A DNA stretch of 64,000 bases from Bacillota bacterium (GTDB taxonomy: Bacteria; Bacillota; Clostridia; TANB77; CAG-465): the NCBI GenBank assembly GCA_023410645.1, contig JAEYPQ010000073.1, positions 10,971-74,970 on the forward strand. The letters run 5' to 3'. Positions 28,221 to 36,330 of the stretch are shown here, piece by piece; within the stretch, counting starts at the first letter, position 1, and each line of letters begins with the position of its first letter. The notes below the pieces were generated by a model. The model was not told the origin of the DNA and did no database searches. It worked only from the letters and a program-made list of their open reading frames with translations. Position numbers and translations under genes: made by a program.

Positions 28221-28371
28221 ATTATCACCTCACTTAGATTTTATAATTAATTGGAAATACGTTAAGAAATATTTAATAGACTTAAATAGTTAAAAAATAA
28301 AATAGAAAAAATATGTCAATAATATTAACATGCTTTAATTAATATGTCAATATTTTATTTCAATTATTTCA

Positions 28372-28387
28372 TCGCAAGTTTCGACAA
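28372..28387 (+). promoter_or_regulatory. 16-mer TCGCAAGTTTCGACAA containing a Spo0A box, in a divergent control region
   Basis: Contains TTCGACA (28380-28386). The identical 16-mer recurs at 29963-29978. Confidence 0.5.
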
Positions 28388-28488
28388 TTTATTAATTTTA
28401 ATATTAAATCATGTCCTATAAATTAATTTATTCACATATTAAATACACTTGCATATAATTACTATATAAGAAAAGGAGATGTTTTTTT

Positions 28489-28668
28489 ATGAATAATGAT
28501 CAAAATCAAATGAATAATATGTTAAATTCAAAATTAATGGAGTTACTATCTACGATTGATAAAAGTAAAATAGATCAAGTTACTAGAATGGTACAAAATA
28601 TGTCTAGCGATGATTTAAATAATTTGGTAGGTATGCTAAGTAAGAATCAAAACCAAGATAAAAAATAA
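28489..28668 (+). CDS. small hypothetical protein (59 aa, MNNDQNQMNNMLNSKLMELLSTIDKSKIDQV...)
   Basis: Hand-translated ORF with an AAAAGGAGA SD. Its stop lies 1 nt before the next ATG. Confidence 0.55.
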   Translation: MNNDQNQMNNMLNSKLMELLSTIDKSKIDQVTRMVQNMSSDDLNNLVGMLSKNQNQDKK

Positions 28669-28669
28669 T

Positions 28670-29242
28670 ATGCAAGAAAATGAAACAAAAAGATCAGATG
28701 ATGCTGGTCTTCCGTCTGATAATTCTAACGAATTATATAACTTAATTCAAAGCATTCAATCCAAATTAAATAATGAAAATTCTAGTAATAATACATATAG
28801 TGAAATTGATGATAAAGGAACAAATAACACTACTCAAAATGTTGATTATACCTCAACTCAGAATAATACAAACAATCAAAGTACATATAATCAAAATGCA
28901 AATAATCAATTTAATTTTTCAAATTTAGGATCTATATTACAAAATCTCGATATAAGTACAATATTAGGTGCACTTGGTGGATCTTCGAAAAACCAAAATA
29001 GTACTGATAACACAGGTGGTTCGGGATTCAATTTAGGAGATATAGATCCAAACACAATATCTAGAATACAGAAAATAATATCATCAATGAGTAAAAGAGA
29101 TCCAAAAAAAGATTTACTATTATCTTTAAAACCGTTTTTAAGAAAATCTAGACAAGATAGAATTAGTGAATATGTTACAATGCTAACTGTTGCAAATGCA
29201 CTTGGAATTTTTGATAGAAAAGGTAGTGATGAAGATGTTTAG
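28670..29242 (+). CDS. N/Q/S/T-rich low-complexity protein with structured C-terminus
   Basis: ORF track. The first ~110 aa are N/Q-rich. The C-terminal region is DLLLSLKPFLRKSRQDRISEYVTMLTVANALG. Confidence 0.55.
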   Translation: MQENETKRSDDAGLPSDNSNELYNLIQSIQSKLNNENSSNNTYSEIDDKGTNNTTQNVDYTSTQNNTNNQSTYNQNANNQFNFSNLGSILQNLDISTILGALGGSSKNQNSTDNTGGSGFNLGDIDPNTISRIQKIISSMSKRDPKKDLLLSLKPFLRKSRQDRISEYVTMLTVANALGIFDRKGSDEDV

Positions 29243-29747
29243 ACAAAATATGTATGTTCCTAATTATTATAATTATGGCTATAGAAATAATATGTCAAAC
29301 ATGTACAACACTGCCTTTTATAATAATTATATACCATATAACTATAATCAGGATAACTACAATCAAAATATAAATGAGAATTTAAGTGAAGACATATCTG
29401 AAAACAATATTAATGATGAAAATGAAAACAAAACAGAAATATATCAAAATGAGACAGTCGAAAATAGTGAAAATATGAAAGATAATGATACTAAAAAAAA
29501 TGAGGATTTTACAAAAAATAACAAAGAAAGTAAAAGGGATGATAAAAAGGATGGCTTTAGATTTGGTCCCATTGGTTACAACGATGGTACACTATCTATA
29601 TTTGGGTTTTCGCTTGCACTAGACGATTTAATTATCATCGCTCTAATCTTTTTCTTATTTATAGAATCAAGTTGTGACTATTCTTTACTTATAATACTTG
29701 GTTTAATGTTATTTAATATTTCAATTAGTAGTTTAAATATTATTTAG
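29229..29747 (+). CDS. N/Y-rich protein with C-terminal TM hairpin
   Basis: MKMFRQNMYVPNYYNYGYRNNMSNMYNTAFYNNYIPYNYNQDNYNQ, then a charged region, then LIIIALIFFLFIESSCDYSLLIILGLMLFNI. The start was chosen as an in-frame ATG overlapping the upstream stop. Confidence 0.5.
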   Translation: MKMFRQNMYVPNYYNYGYRNNMSNMYNTAFYNNYIPYNYNQDNYNQNINENLSEDISENNINDENENKTEIYQNETVENSENMKDNDTKKNEDFTKNNKESKRDDKKDGFRFGPIGYNDGTLSIFGFSLALDDLIIIALIFFLFIESSCDYSLLIILGLMLFNISISSLNII

Positions 29748-29886
29748 CAACATCACATTCCTTATAATACTTAATTAATAGTTCATCTATCTCAACACTT
29801 GTTTTGTATATTTTTTCATATTTTTCATCTTTTAATATCTGATTTTCTAATTTTGCTTTTAAATTATTTATATCTTTTATGATCAT
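29740..29886 (-). CDS. Spo0E-family aspartyl-phosphate phosphatase-like protein (48 aa)
   Basis: Hand translation MIIKDINNLKAKLENQILKDEKYEKIYKTSVEIDELLIKYYKE fits the Spo0E pattern (helical hairpin with S.E.D.LI). A GAGGAGG SD lies 6 nt upstream. It is absent from the ORF track. Confidence 0.55.
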   Translation of the reverse strand: MIIKDINNLKAKLENQILKDEKYEKIYKTSVEIDELLIKYYKECDVAK

Positions 29887-29962
29887 AGACATCCTCCTCT
29901 TTTTCTACATAATTTATACCATTTTTAAGGTATAAAGTCAATAATTGTTGTCAAAAAATCGG

Positions 29963-29978
29963 TCGCAAGTTTCGACAA
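29963..29978 (+). promoter_or_regulatory. second copy of 16-mer TCGCAAGTTTCGACAA (Spo0A box)
   Basis: Exact repeat of 28372-28387. It lies upstream of the Spo0E-like gene. Confidence 0.5.
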
Positions 29979-30096
29979 AAAAGTGTTGTAACTATTAAAA
30001 CTCCAATGTTTCATATTAAAAGTATATGTAATTTATAGTGATTTATTCATAAAAAATAGGCCATATAATATTTAAATATTATATGGCTCGTATCCT

Positions 30097-31395
30097 CTAT
30101 TTTATATTTGTAATAATCGATATAACTTGTGTTTCTTCTTTTAGATTATTTAAGAATTCCTTTATATCTTCTTTAGTAATTGAATTTAATAAGCTTACAT
30201 CTTCATATAAAGTTATATTATCCACAATACTATCTATAATTCTTCTATAACTATTATTAAGATTTTCTGATGATAATATACTTTCACCTATTTTCATTTT
30301 TTTAATTATATTGAACATCTCTTCATCAATGTTAGAATTCTTAATATTATTTATATAATTTAAAATGTTATTTTTTAATATTTCTATATCCATAGAACCT
30401 GCAGATAATAACACATGTGCAAAAGAATCACTACCCTCGTATTCGAAATTTATTGGCTCATATATAAGTCCTAATTCATATTGTTCTTTAAAGAAATTAG
30501 TAAGTTTAGAAAAAAACATTTCTGAAATAAAATCTGCAATTACTTGCCTTTTTACTATTTCATTTCCTTTTACTACTGGTAACTTATATCCAATACATAA
30601 TTGAGACATATAAATATCCATTTCTTTTTTTATTATTTTTTCCTGTACACTGTCTTTTTCTTCTTCAAAATATTTTGTTATATCTTTTACCTTTGCATTA
30701 TCATAATCTTTCTCATATATTTTTATATTATCTTCAATTAATTTTATAGTTTCTTCTTTATCTACATCACCAATAACAATAAAAAACATATTGCTTGGAT
30801 TATAAAATGTATTATAGCAAGTATATAATAAATCTTTATTTATACTTTGTATGGATTCAATTGTACCTGCAACATCTATCCTTATCGGATGAGTATTATA
30901 AATAGCTCTTAAAGCGTTAAAATATACGTTAAACATAGGATTGTCATCATACATACTAATTTCTTGAGCAATTATTCCTTGTTCTTTATTTACATTTTCA
31001 TCTGTAAAATATGGTGTTTTAACTAATTTAATTAAAAGTTCCACTGATTCTTTAAATCTTTCTATAGTTTCAAAATAATATACTGTTTGATCAAAGCTTG
31101 TATAAGCATTTGAAGATACACCTATTTTGGCAAATAAATCAAGTGCATTTGCACCTTCTTGCTCAAACAATTTATGTTCTAAAAAATGTGCTATTCCATC
31201 AGGTACTTTTATTCTTTCATTTGTCTTGATATCCACAAAATCATTTATTATTGAACCATATTTTGTACCAAATAATCCAATTTTCTTATTATATCCTTTT
31301 TTACTACAAATATAGACTTCAAGACCATTTTTTAATACTATTTTTGAAATTTCTTCATCTAAATATTCATTTTTAAATGTTTCAAATTTATACAT
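30097..31395 (-). CDS. M16 (pitrilysin/insulinase) family zinc peptidase, active-type subunit
   Basis: Inverted zinc motif HFLEH in GIAHFLEHKLFEQ. The ATG at 31395 follows GGAGGTGA. Confidence 0.8.
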   Translation of the reverse strand: MYKFETFKNEYLDEEISKIVLKNGLEVYICSKKGYNKKIGLFGTKYGSIINDFVDIKTNERIKVPDGIAHFLEHKLFEQEGANALDLFAKIGVSSNAYTSFDQTVYYFETIERFKESVELLIKLVKTPYFTDENVNKEQGIIAQEISMYDDNPMFNVYFNALRAIYNTHPIRIDVAGTIESIQSINKDLLYTCYNTFYNPSNMFFIVIGDVDKEETIKLIEDNIKIYEKDYDNAKVKDITKYFEEEKDSVQEKIIKKEMDIYMSQLCIGYKLPVVKGNEIVKRQVIADFISEMFFSKLTNFFKEQYELGLIYEPINFEYEGSDSFAHVLLSAGSMDIEILKNNILNYINNIKNSNIDEEMFNIIKKMKIGESILSSENLNNSYRRIIDSIVDNITLYEDVSLLNSITKEDIKEFLNNLKEETQVISIITNIK

Positions 31396-32656
31396 CACCC
31401 TCACCTCCAAGTAATAGTATTTTTTCTAATTTAACTTTTTTAGAAAAATTTAGTACATCTTCAATTGATACTTTTTCTATTCCATCTATTAAATCTTCTA
31501 CTTTACTATTAGGATCTTTACTTGAAATTATATTAGTAATTATCATTTTAGCAAGAGTAATTTTTGAATCATTCCACTCTAATAAATCAGATATTAAGCT
31601 TTCCTTTGCAGCATTAAATTCTAAATCAGATATTTTTCCATTTGAAATCTCATTTATATTATCTATTATTACTTGTTTTGCTTTATCATAATTTTTCTTT
31701 TGAATTCCAGCATATATTATAATTATATCTTTAAATCTATAACATCTCGATCTTACAGTATATGCTAAAGATTCTTTTTCTCTAAAATTTTGAAATAGTT
31801 TTGAGCTTGGATTTGAACCAAGTATAGAATTATACACATTTAAAATATAAAAGTCTTCTAATGAAAAATCACTTATTCTGAGTCCAAGTGTTAATACACT
31901 TTGTGTTGTCTCTTGTGATTCATATATTTCTTCTACTTGCTTATTTTCATTTTTTCTTAATGAATTATTTATAATCAAATCTTTATATCCTATAACTGAA
32001 TTTAATTTATCTTTAAATATATCTTCTATTTTTTCATTTATATTTTCATAACCGGTAATATTTCCAGATAAAATAACAGTGATACAAGATTTATTTAATA
32101 AATTATCATATATTTTTGATAAATCTTTTGATGTAATTTTTTCTACATCTTCCTCTAACCCATAAATAGATGCCCCAAATGGCTCGTTTTTACACATTAT
32201 ATTTTCCATTCGTACAACTGAGTACTTAAGTTTTTCATCTTTTCTTATTTTTATTTTATTAAGTATTGCATCCTTTTCTTTTTCAACTAATTGATTATCA
32301 AATAAGTTATCTTTCATATTTGGCATATATATTATATCATGTAAAAATTCTATACTTTTTAAGACTACATCCTCATTGTTTGGCAAGAATTTTTTATTTA
32401 TGCATTCTACTCTAAATTCTATATTATATATATCACCTATTAACTCCAAATTAATATCGAAATTAACACCGTATAGACTATATAAATATTTTTGAATCTC
32501 TATTTGTGTTTTCAATCTGCTATTTGATTTTGCAAGAATAGAGCTAAGAACAGCATATTTTGAAATATCTTCTTGACTTGCATTTATAGTATAATTAAAA
32601 GACACATATATACTCTTAAATTTACTATCATTAATTTTATAAATATTATTAACCAT
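31388..32656 (-). CDS. M16-family peptidase, HxxEH-less partner subunit
   Basis: Its size and fold pattern parallel the downstream M16 gene and it overlaps that gene by 8 nt. No HxxEH motif is visible. Confidence 0.65.
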   Translation of the reverse strand: MVNNIYKINDSKFKSIYVSFNYTINASQEDISKYAVLSSILAKSNSRLKTQIEIQKYLYSLYGVNFDINLELIGDIYNIEFRVECINKKFLPNNEDVVLKSIEFLHDIIYMPNMKDNLFDNQLVEKEKDAILNKIKIRKDEKLKYSVVRMENIMCKNEPFGASIYGLEEDVEKITSKDLSKIYDNLLNKSCITVILSGNITGYENINEKIEDIFKDKLNSVIGYKDLIINNSLRKNENKQVEEIYESQETTQSVLTLGLRISDFSLEDFYILNVYNSILGSNPSSKLFQNFREKESLAYTVRSRCYRFKDIIIIYAGIQKKNYDKAKQVIIDNINEISNGKISDLEFNAAKESLISDLLEWNDSKITLAKMIITNIISSKDPNSKVEDLIDGIEKVSIEDVLNFSKKVKLEKILLLGGEGDV

Positions 32657-32734
32657 TATATCACTCCTCTAAATTATTATATCCTAATATAATTATATAT
32701 ATAACAAAAAACCAAGTACAACTTGGTTTAAAAA

Positions 32735-33178
32735 TTACATATTTTCTAGTTGTGCTTTAACTATTTCGCTTACTAGTCTTCCATCAGCTTTTCCAGACGT
32801 TTTAGATTTTAAATCTTGCATTACTTTTCCAATATCTCTTGGTGAAGTAGCTCCTACATTTTTTATAGATTCTTTTACTATTTCATTTATTTGCTCTTCA
32901 TTTAATTGTTCTGGTAAATATTTACTTAGGATTTCTATTTCTTTATTTAATTCTTCAACTAAATCTGATCTTTGTGCTTTTTCATACTCTACTATTGATT
33001 CTTTTCTTTTTTTTACTTCTTTTGAAACTATTACCTTTATTTCATCATCATTAAGAGTTGTTTGTGTATCTTTTTCAACTTGTAATATAGCTGCTCTTAG
33101 CATTGTAATTGTGTTTTTTCTCAATTCATCTTTATTTTTCATTGATTCTTTTAATTCATTTAATAATAACTCTTTCAT
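32735..33178 (-). CDS. GatB/YqeY-domain protein
   Basis: LKESMKNKDELRKNTITMLRAAI...YLPEQLNEEQI...GKVMQDLKSKTSGKADGRLVSEIV is typical of YqeY. Confidence 0.8.
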   Translation of the reverse strand: MKELLLNELKESMKNKDELRKNTITMLRAAILQVEKDTQTTLNDDEIKVIVSKEVKKRKESIVEYEKAQRSDLVEELNKEIEILSKYLPEQLNEEQINEIVKESIKNVGATSPRDIGKVMQDLKSKTSGKADGRLVSEIVKAQLENM

Positions 33179-34248
33179 TTTACTTCCTCATTTCTATTTT
33201 CATTTTTCTTTTCTTTTATCATATTAAGTAACCCTAAAAATACAAAACATATTACTGCGATTATTAATATTATTAATTTCCATATATCAATGGATATTAT
33301 AGTAACAGCAATTATACATAAAATACTAGTAATTGTGTATAGCAGTAATACTGCTTGCCTCTGATTTAATCCCATTTTCAATAATCTATGATGAATATGT
33401 GCACCATCTGGTTTTAGCATTGGTTGACCTTTTAAAAATCTTCTCACCATTGCAAATAATGTATCAAATATTGGTACTCCTAATGCTAAAATTGGTGCAA
33501 TAATTGCAAGGATAGTATATCCTTTAGCAAATCCTAAAATAGATACAACTGATAATGTAAATCCGAGAAAATTTGAACTTACATCTCCCATAAAGGTCTT
33601 AGCAGGATTAAAATTATATGGCAAGAATCCAAGAGTGGCACCAACCAAAACAGCAGTTATCACAATAGCTTCTAGACTTGCAGAAGTTGCCACAAAGATC
33701 GTAAGAAGTGCTGTTGCAGATATTGCAGAAATTCCTGCTGCTAAACCATCTAATCCATCAATCAAGTTAATTGCATTAGTCACGCCTATTACCCATATTA
33801 AAGTTACAGGAAGATCTAAGATTCCAAAATCTATTATATCTGTATATATAAATGGAATCTTTACTCCTGATATTCTAATTCCAAATGCATATACAACAAT
33901 TCCTGCTACAAGTTGAAATATAAATTTATGTCTTGCTCTTAAAGTAAATACATCATCAATAAATCCCATAGCTGCTATTAAAATACCACCTATAACATAA
34001 CCATAAAACTTTTCGTTTAAACTTATCGATGGAATATCTTTAGTTATTAAATAATAAATAATTAAACCTATAAACATTGACAGAATAATTGCAATTCCAC
34101 CACTTCTTGGCATAGGTTTTGAATGCACTCTCCTATTATCTTTTGGTATATCCACCCATCCAAATTTTTTACACATTTTAATCGCTATTGGCGTTAAAAT
34201 TAAACATGATATAAATGTTATTATAATTATACTATATACAATTGCCAT
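33175..34248 (-). CDS. glycosyltransferase family 4 (MraY/WecA/TagO-type undecaprenyl-phosphate sugar-phosphate transferase)
   Basis: Polytopic membrane protein with VTNAINLIDGLDGLAAG and DD motifs. Confidence 0.8.
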   Translation of the reverse strand: MAIVYSIIIITFISCLILTPIAIKMCKKFGWVDIPKDNRRVHSKPMPRSGGIAIILSMFIGLIIYYLITKDIPSISLNEKFYGYVIGGILIAAMGFIDDVFTLRARHKFIFQLVAGIVVYAFGIRISGVKIPFIYTDIIDFGILDLPVTLIWVIGVTNAINLIDGLDGLAAGISAISATALLTIFVATSASLEAIVITAVLVGATLGFLPYNFNPAKTFMGDVSSNFLGFTLSVVSILGFAKGYTILAIIAPILALGVPIFDTLFAMVRRFLKGQPMLKPDGAHIHHRLLKMGLNQRQAVLLLYTITSILCIIAVTIISIDIWKLIILIIAVICFVFLGLLNMIKEKKNENRNEEVK

Positions 34249-34717
34249 TATTTATACCACCTTTAAATCCATTTTCTTCTAATTTGTCAATTTTCTTAAC
34301 TCTTATATCATGTCTTCCACCATCAAAATGTGTATTAATAAAGACATTAATCATTTCTTCAATATTAGATAGATTTTTTGAACTTTCTAGTCTTGCACCT
34401 AGACAAAGAATATTAGTGTTATTATGCCTTCTACACATTTCTGCCATATATACATCTGTGCAAAGTGCAGCTCTTATACCTCTAATTTTATTACATGATA
34501 TTGATATGCCAATACCTGTCCCACAAATTGCAATTCCCAAATTTTCTTCATTTTGAAGAACATTAGAACAAATTATATTTGCAATATCAGGATAATCATC
34601 ACCATCTTGACTCTCAAAATTTGTTACATCTTCAAATTCAATGTTATTTTTTAAAAATATTTCGATTATTTTCTTTTTAAATTCAATTCCAGAATGATCT
34701 GAACCAATTATAATCAT
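34232..34717 (-). CDS. rpiB: ribose-5-phosphate isomerase B
   Basis: IIIGSDHSG...ICGTGIGISISCNKIRGIRAALC...RRHNNTNILCLGAR, the RpiB/LacAB signature. Confidence 0.85.
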   Translation of the reverse strand: MIIIGSDHSGIEFKKKIIEIFLKNNIEFEDVTNFESQDGDDYPDIANIICSNVLQNEENLGIAICGTGIGISISCNKIRGIRAALCTDVYMAEMCRRHNNTNILCLGARLESSKNLSNIEEMINVFINTHFDGGRHDIRVKKIDKLEENGFKGGINNGNCI

Positions 34718-34729
34718 AACCTTATCTCC

Positions 34730-35185
34730 TTAAAATTTCTCTATAAGCTTATCCACATTTTCAACAATTTCTTTAGCACATGTTCTATATACATTTATGT
34801 CAAATCCCCATGGATCATCTATATCTTTATATTCTTTATCTTTATTTACATATTCTTTTAATGTATATATCCTATCTTTAATATTTGGATACATATACAA
34901 TACAAAATTTTTATGACTTTCAGTTAAACATATTATCAAATCGTAATCACCTAAATTTATTTCATCAATATATTTAGATCTATGCTTTTTCATGTCAACA
35001 CCATATTCATAAATGACTTCTATTGCATTTTTTGTAGCAGGCTGTCCACTTTGAGCATTAGTACCACAAGAATCAATTAAATATTCTTCTTGTATTCCTA
35101 AATCAATAACTTTTTTTTGCATATACCAATGAGCCATTGGGCTTCTACATATGTTACCTGTGCATATATAAATTATTTTTTTCAT
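34730..35185 (-). CDS. low-molecular-weight protein phosphatase (YwlE-like)
   Basis: CX5R(S/T) P-loop in ICTGNICRSPMA. It sits next to rpiB, as in the Bacillus ywlE-ywlF arrangement. Confidence 0.8.
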   Translation of the reverse strand: MKKIIYICTGNICRSPMAHWYMQKKVIDLGIQEEYLIDSCGTNAQSGQPATKNAIEVIYEYGVDMKKHRSKYIDEINLGDYDLIICLTESHKNFVLYMYPNIKDRIYTLKEYVNKDKEYKDIDDPWGFDINVYRTCAKEIVENVDKLIEKF

Positions 35186-35275
35186 GCATTCCTCCTATTT
35201 GTAAAATACATTATTATACTACCACATTTTTATTTTAAAGTCAATTAAAAAGGTTAATAAATACAACATAACTTA

Positions 35276-36019
35276 TTACAAATTTGTAATACTTACACCT
35301 AATAATATTCCTACTATGTACATTACATATGATATTTTATTACTTGATATTTTTTTAGAACTTGGTATTAAATCACATGAAACAATATATAACATTGCAC
35401 CAGATGCTAGCGATAAACTAAGTGATATATATGTATCTGATATATTTCCAACTATCTGACCGATAAAAACACCTAATCCAACTGTCATACCAACAAATAT
35501 ACTATCAAGTACAATTTTTAAAATTGATATTTTACTTGAATTCTCTGTTATACCAACTATCATTCCTTCTGGTATATCATGCAAGAATATTGAGATCATG
35601 ACTGATATTCCAAATGATGTTGAGTAAACAAGGCTAGATCCAACAGCTAAACCCTCAAGTATATTGTGAGCGGCCATGGATACAATAACCACCAATGCAG
35701 TTACACTATATTTATTTTTTTTTAGATTAGTTGATTTTTTATTAGTTTGCTCTAATATATAATCTAAACAAAACACTAACATTACTCCTATTATTACACC
35801 AATTATACCAGATAATACATTAGTTAAATAAAAGCTCTCTGGCAACATATCAAAGCAAACAATTCCTGTCATCATACCGGCAGTTATTTCATAAAGAGAA
35901 GATAAAATTGCTTTATTTTTTGGTTTTATAATTCCACCTAAAAATCCACCAAGACCTGAACTTAACATTCCAAGCAAAGTCAGTGAAAAAGTTAGTTTTA
36001 AAACATCCAATTTATACAC
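35276..36019 (-). CDS. ZIP-family divalent metal (zinc) transporter
   Basis: Eight-TM layout with the HNILEGLAVG and HDIPEGMIVG motifs. Confidence 0.75.
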   Translation of the reverse strand: MYKLDVLKLTFSLTLLGMLSSGLGGFLGGIIKPKNKAILSSLYEITAGMMTGIVCFDMLPESFYLTNVLSGIIGVIIGVMLVFCLDYILEQTNKKSTNLKKNKYSVTALVVIVSMAAHNILEGLAVGSSLVYSTSFGISVMISIFLHDIPEGMIVGITENSSKISILKIVLDSIFVGMTVGLGVFIGQIVGNISDTYISLSLSLASGAMLYIVSCDLIPSSKKISSNKISYVMYIVGILLGVSITNL

Positions 36020-36143
36020 CTCAAACCTCTCTTATATACATATATATTTAAATTAATTTGATTTATTCGACAAAAAATGTTATAATGATATTATGATTTA
36101 TTGTTGCTTTAACTTCTAAATTATTTTTTAAGGAGGTTTTACT

Positions 36144-36284
36144 ATGAAAAGATTTTTTGCTTTTGGAATTTTTGTTACTATTGGACTTTTGGCGTACACT
36201 TTGAAAACAATATTTGAATATGCAAAAGGATTCTTTCAAATTAACATTAATATGGCCAACACTGGTTTTGTTAAAGATGAATAA
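36144..36284 (+). CDS. small membrane protein (46 aa, MKRFFAFGIFVTIGLLAYTLK...)
   Basis: AAGGAGG SD 7 nt upstream and a terminator hairpin at 36291-36319. A TTCGACA box (36066-36072) sits in its promoter region. Confidence 0.55.
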   Translation: MKRFFAFGIFVTIGLLAYTLKTIFEYAKGFFQININMANTGFVKDE

Positions 36285-36330
36285 AAAAGAAAAAGGGACA
36301 CTCTTGTGTTCCTTTTTTTATTTTGCAAAT

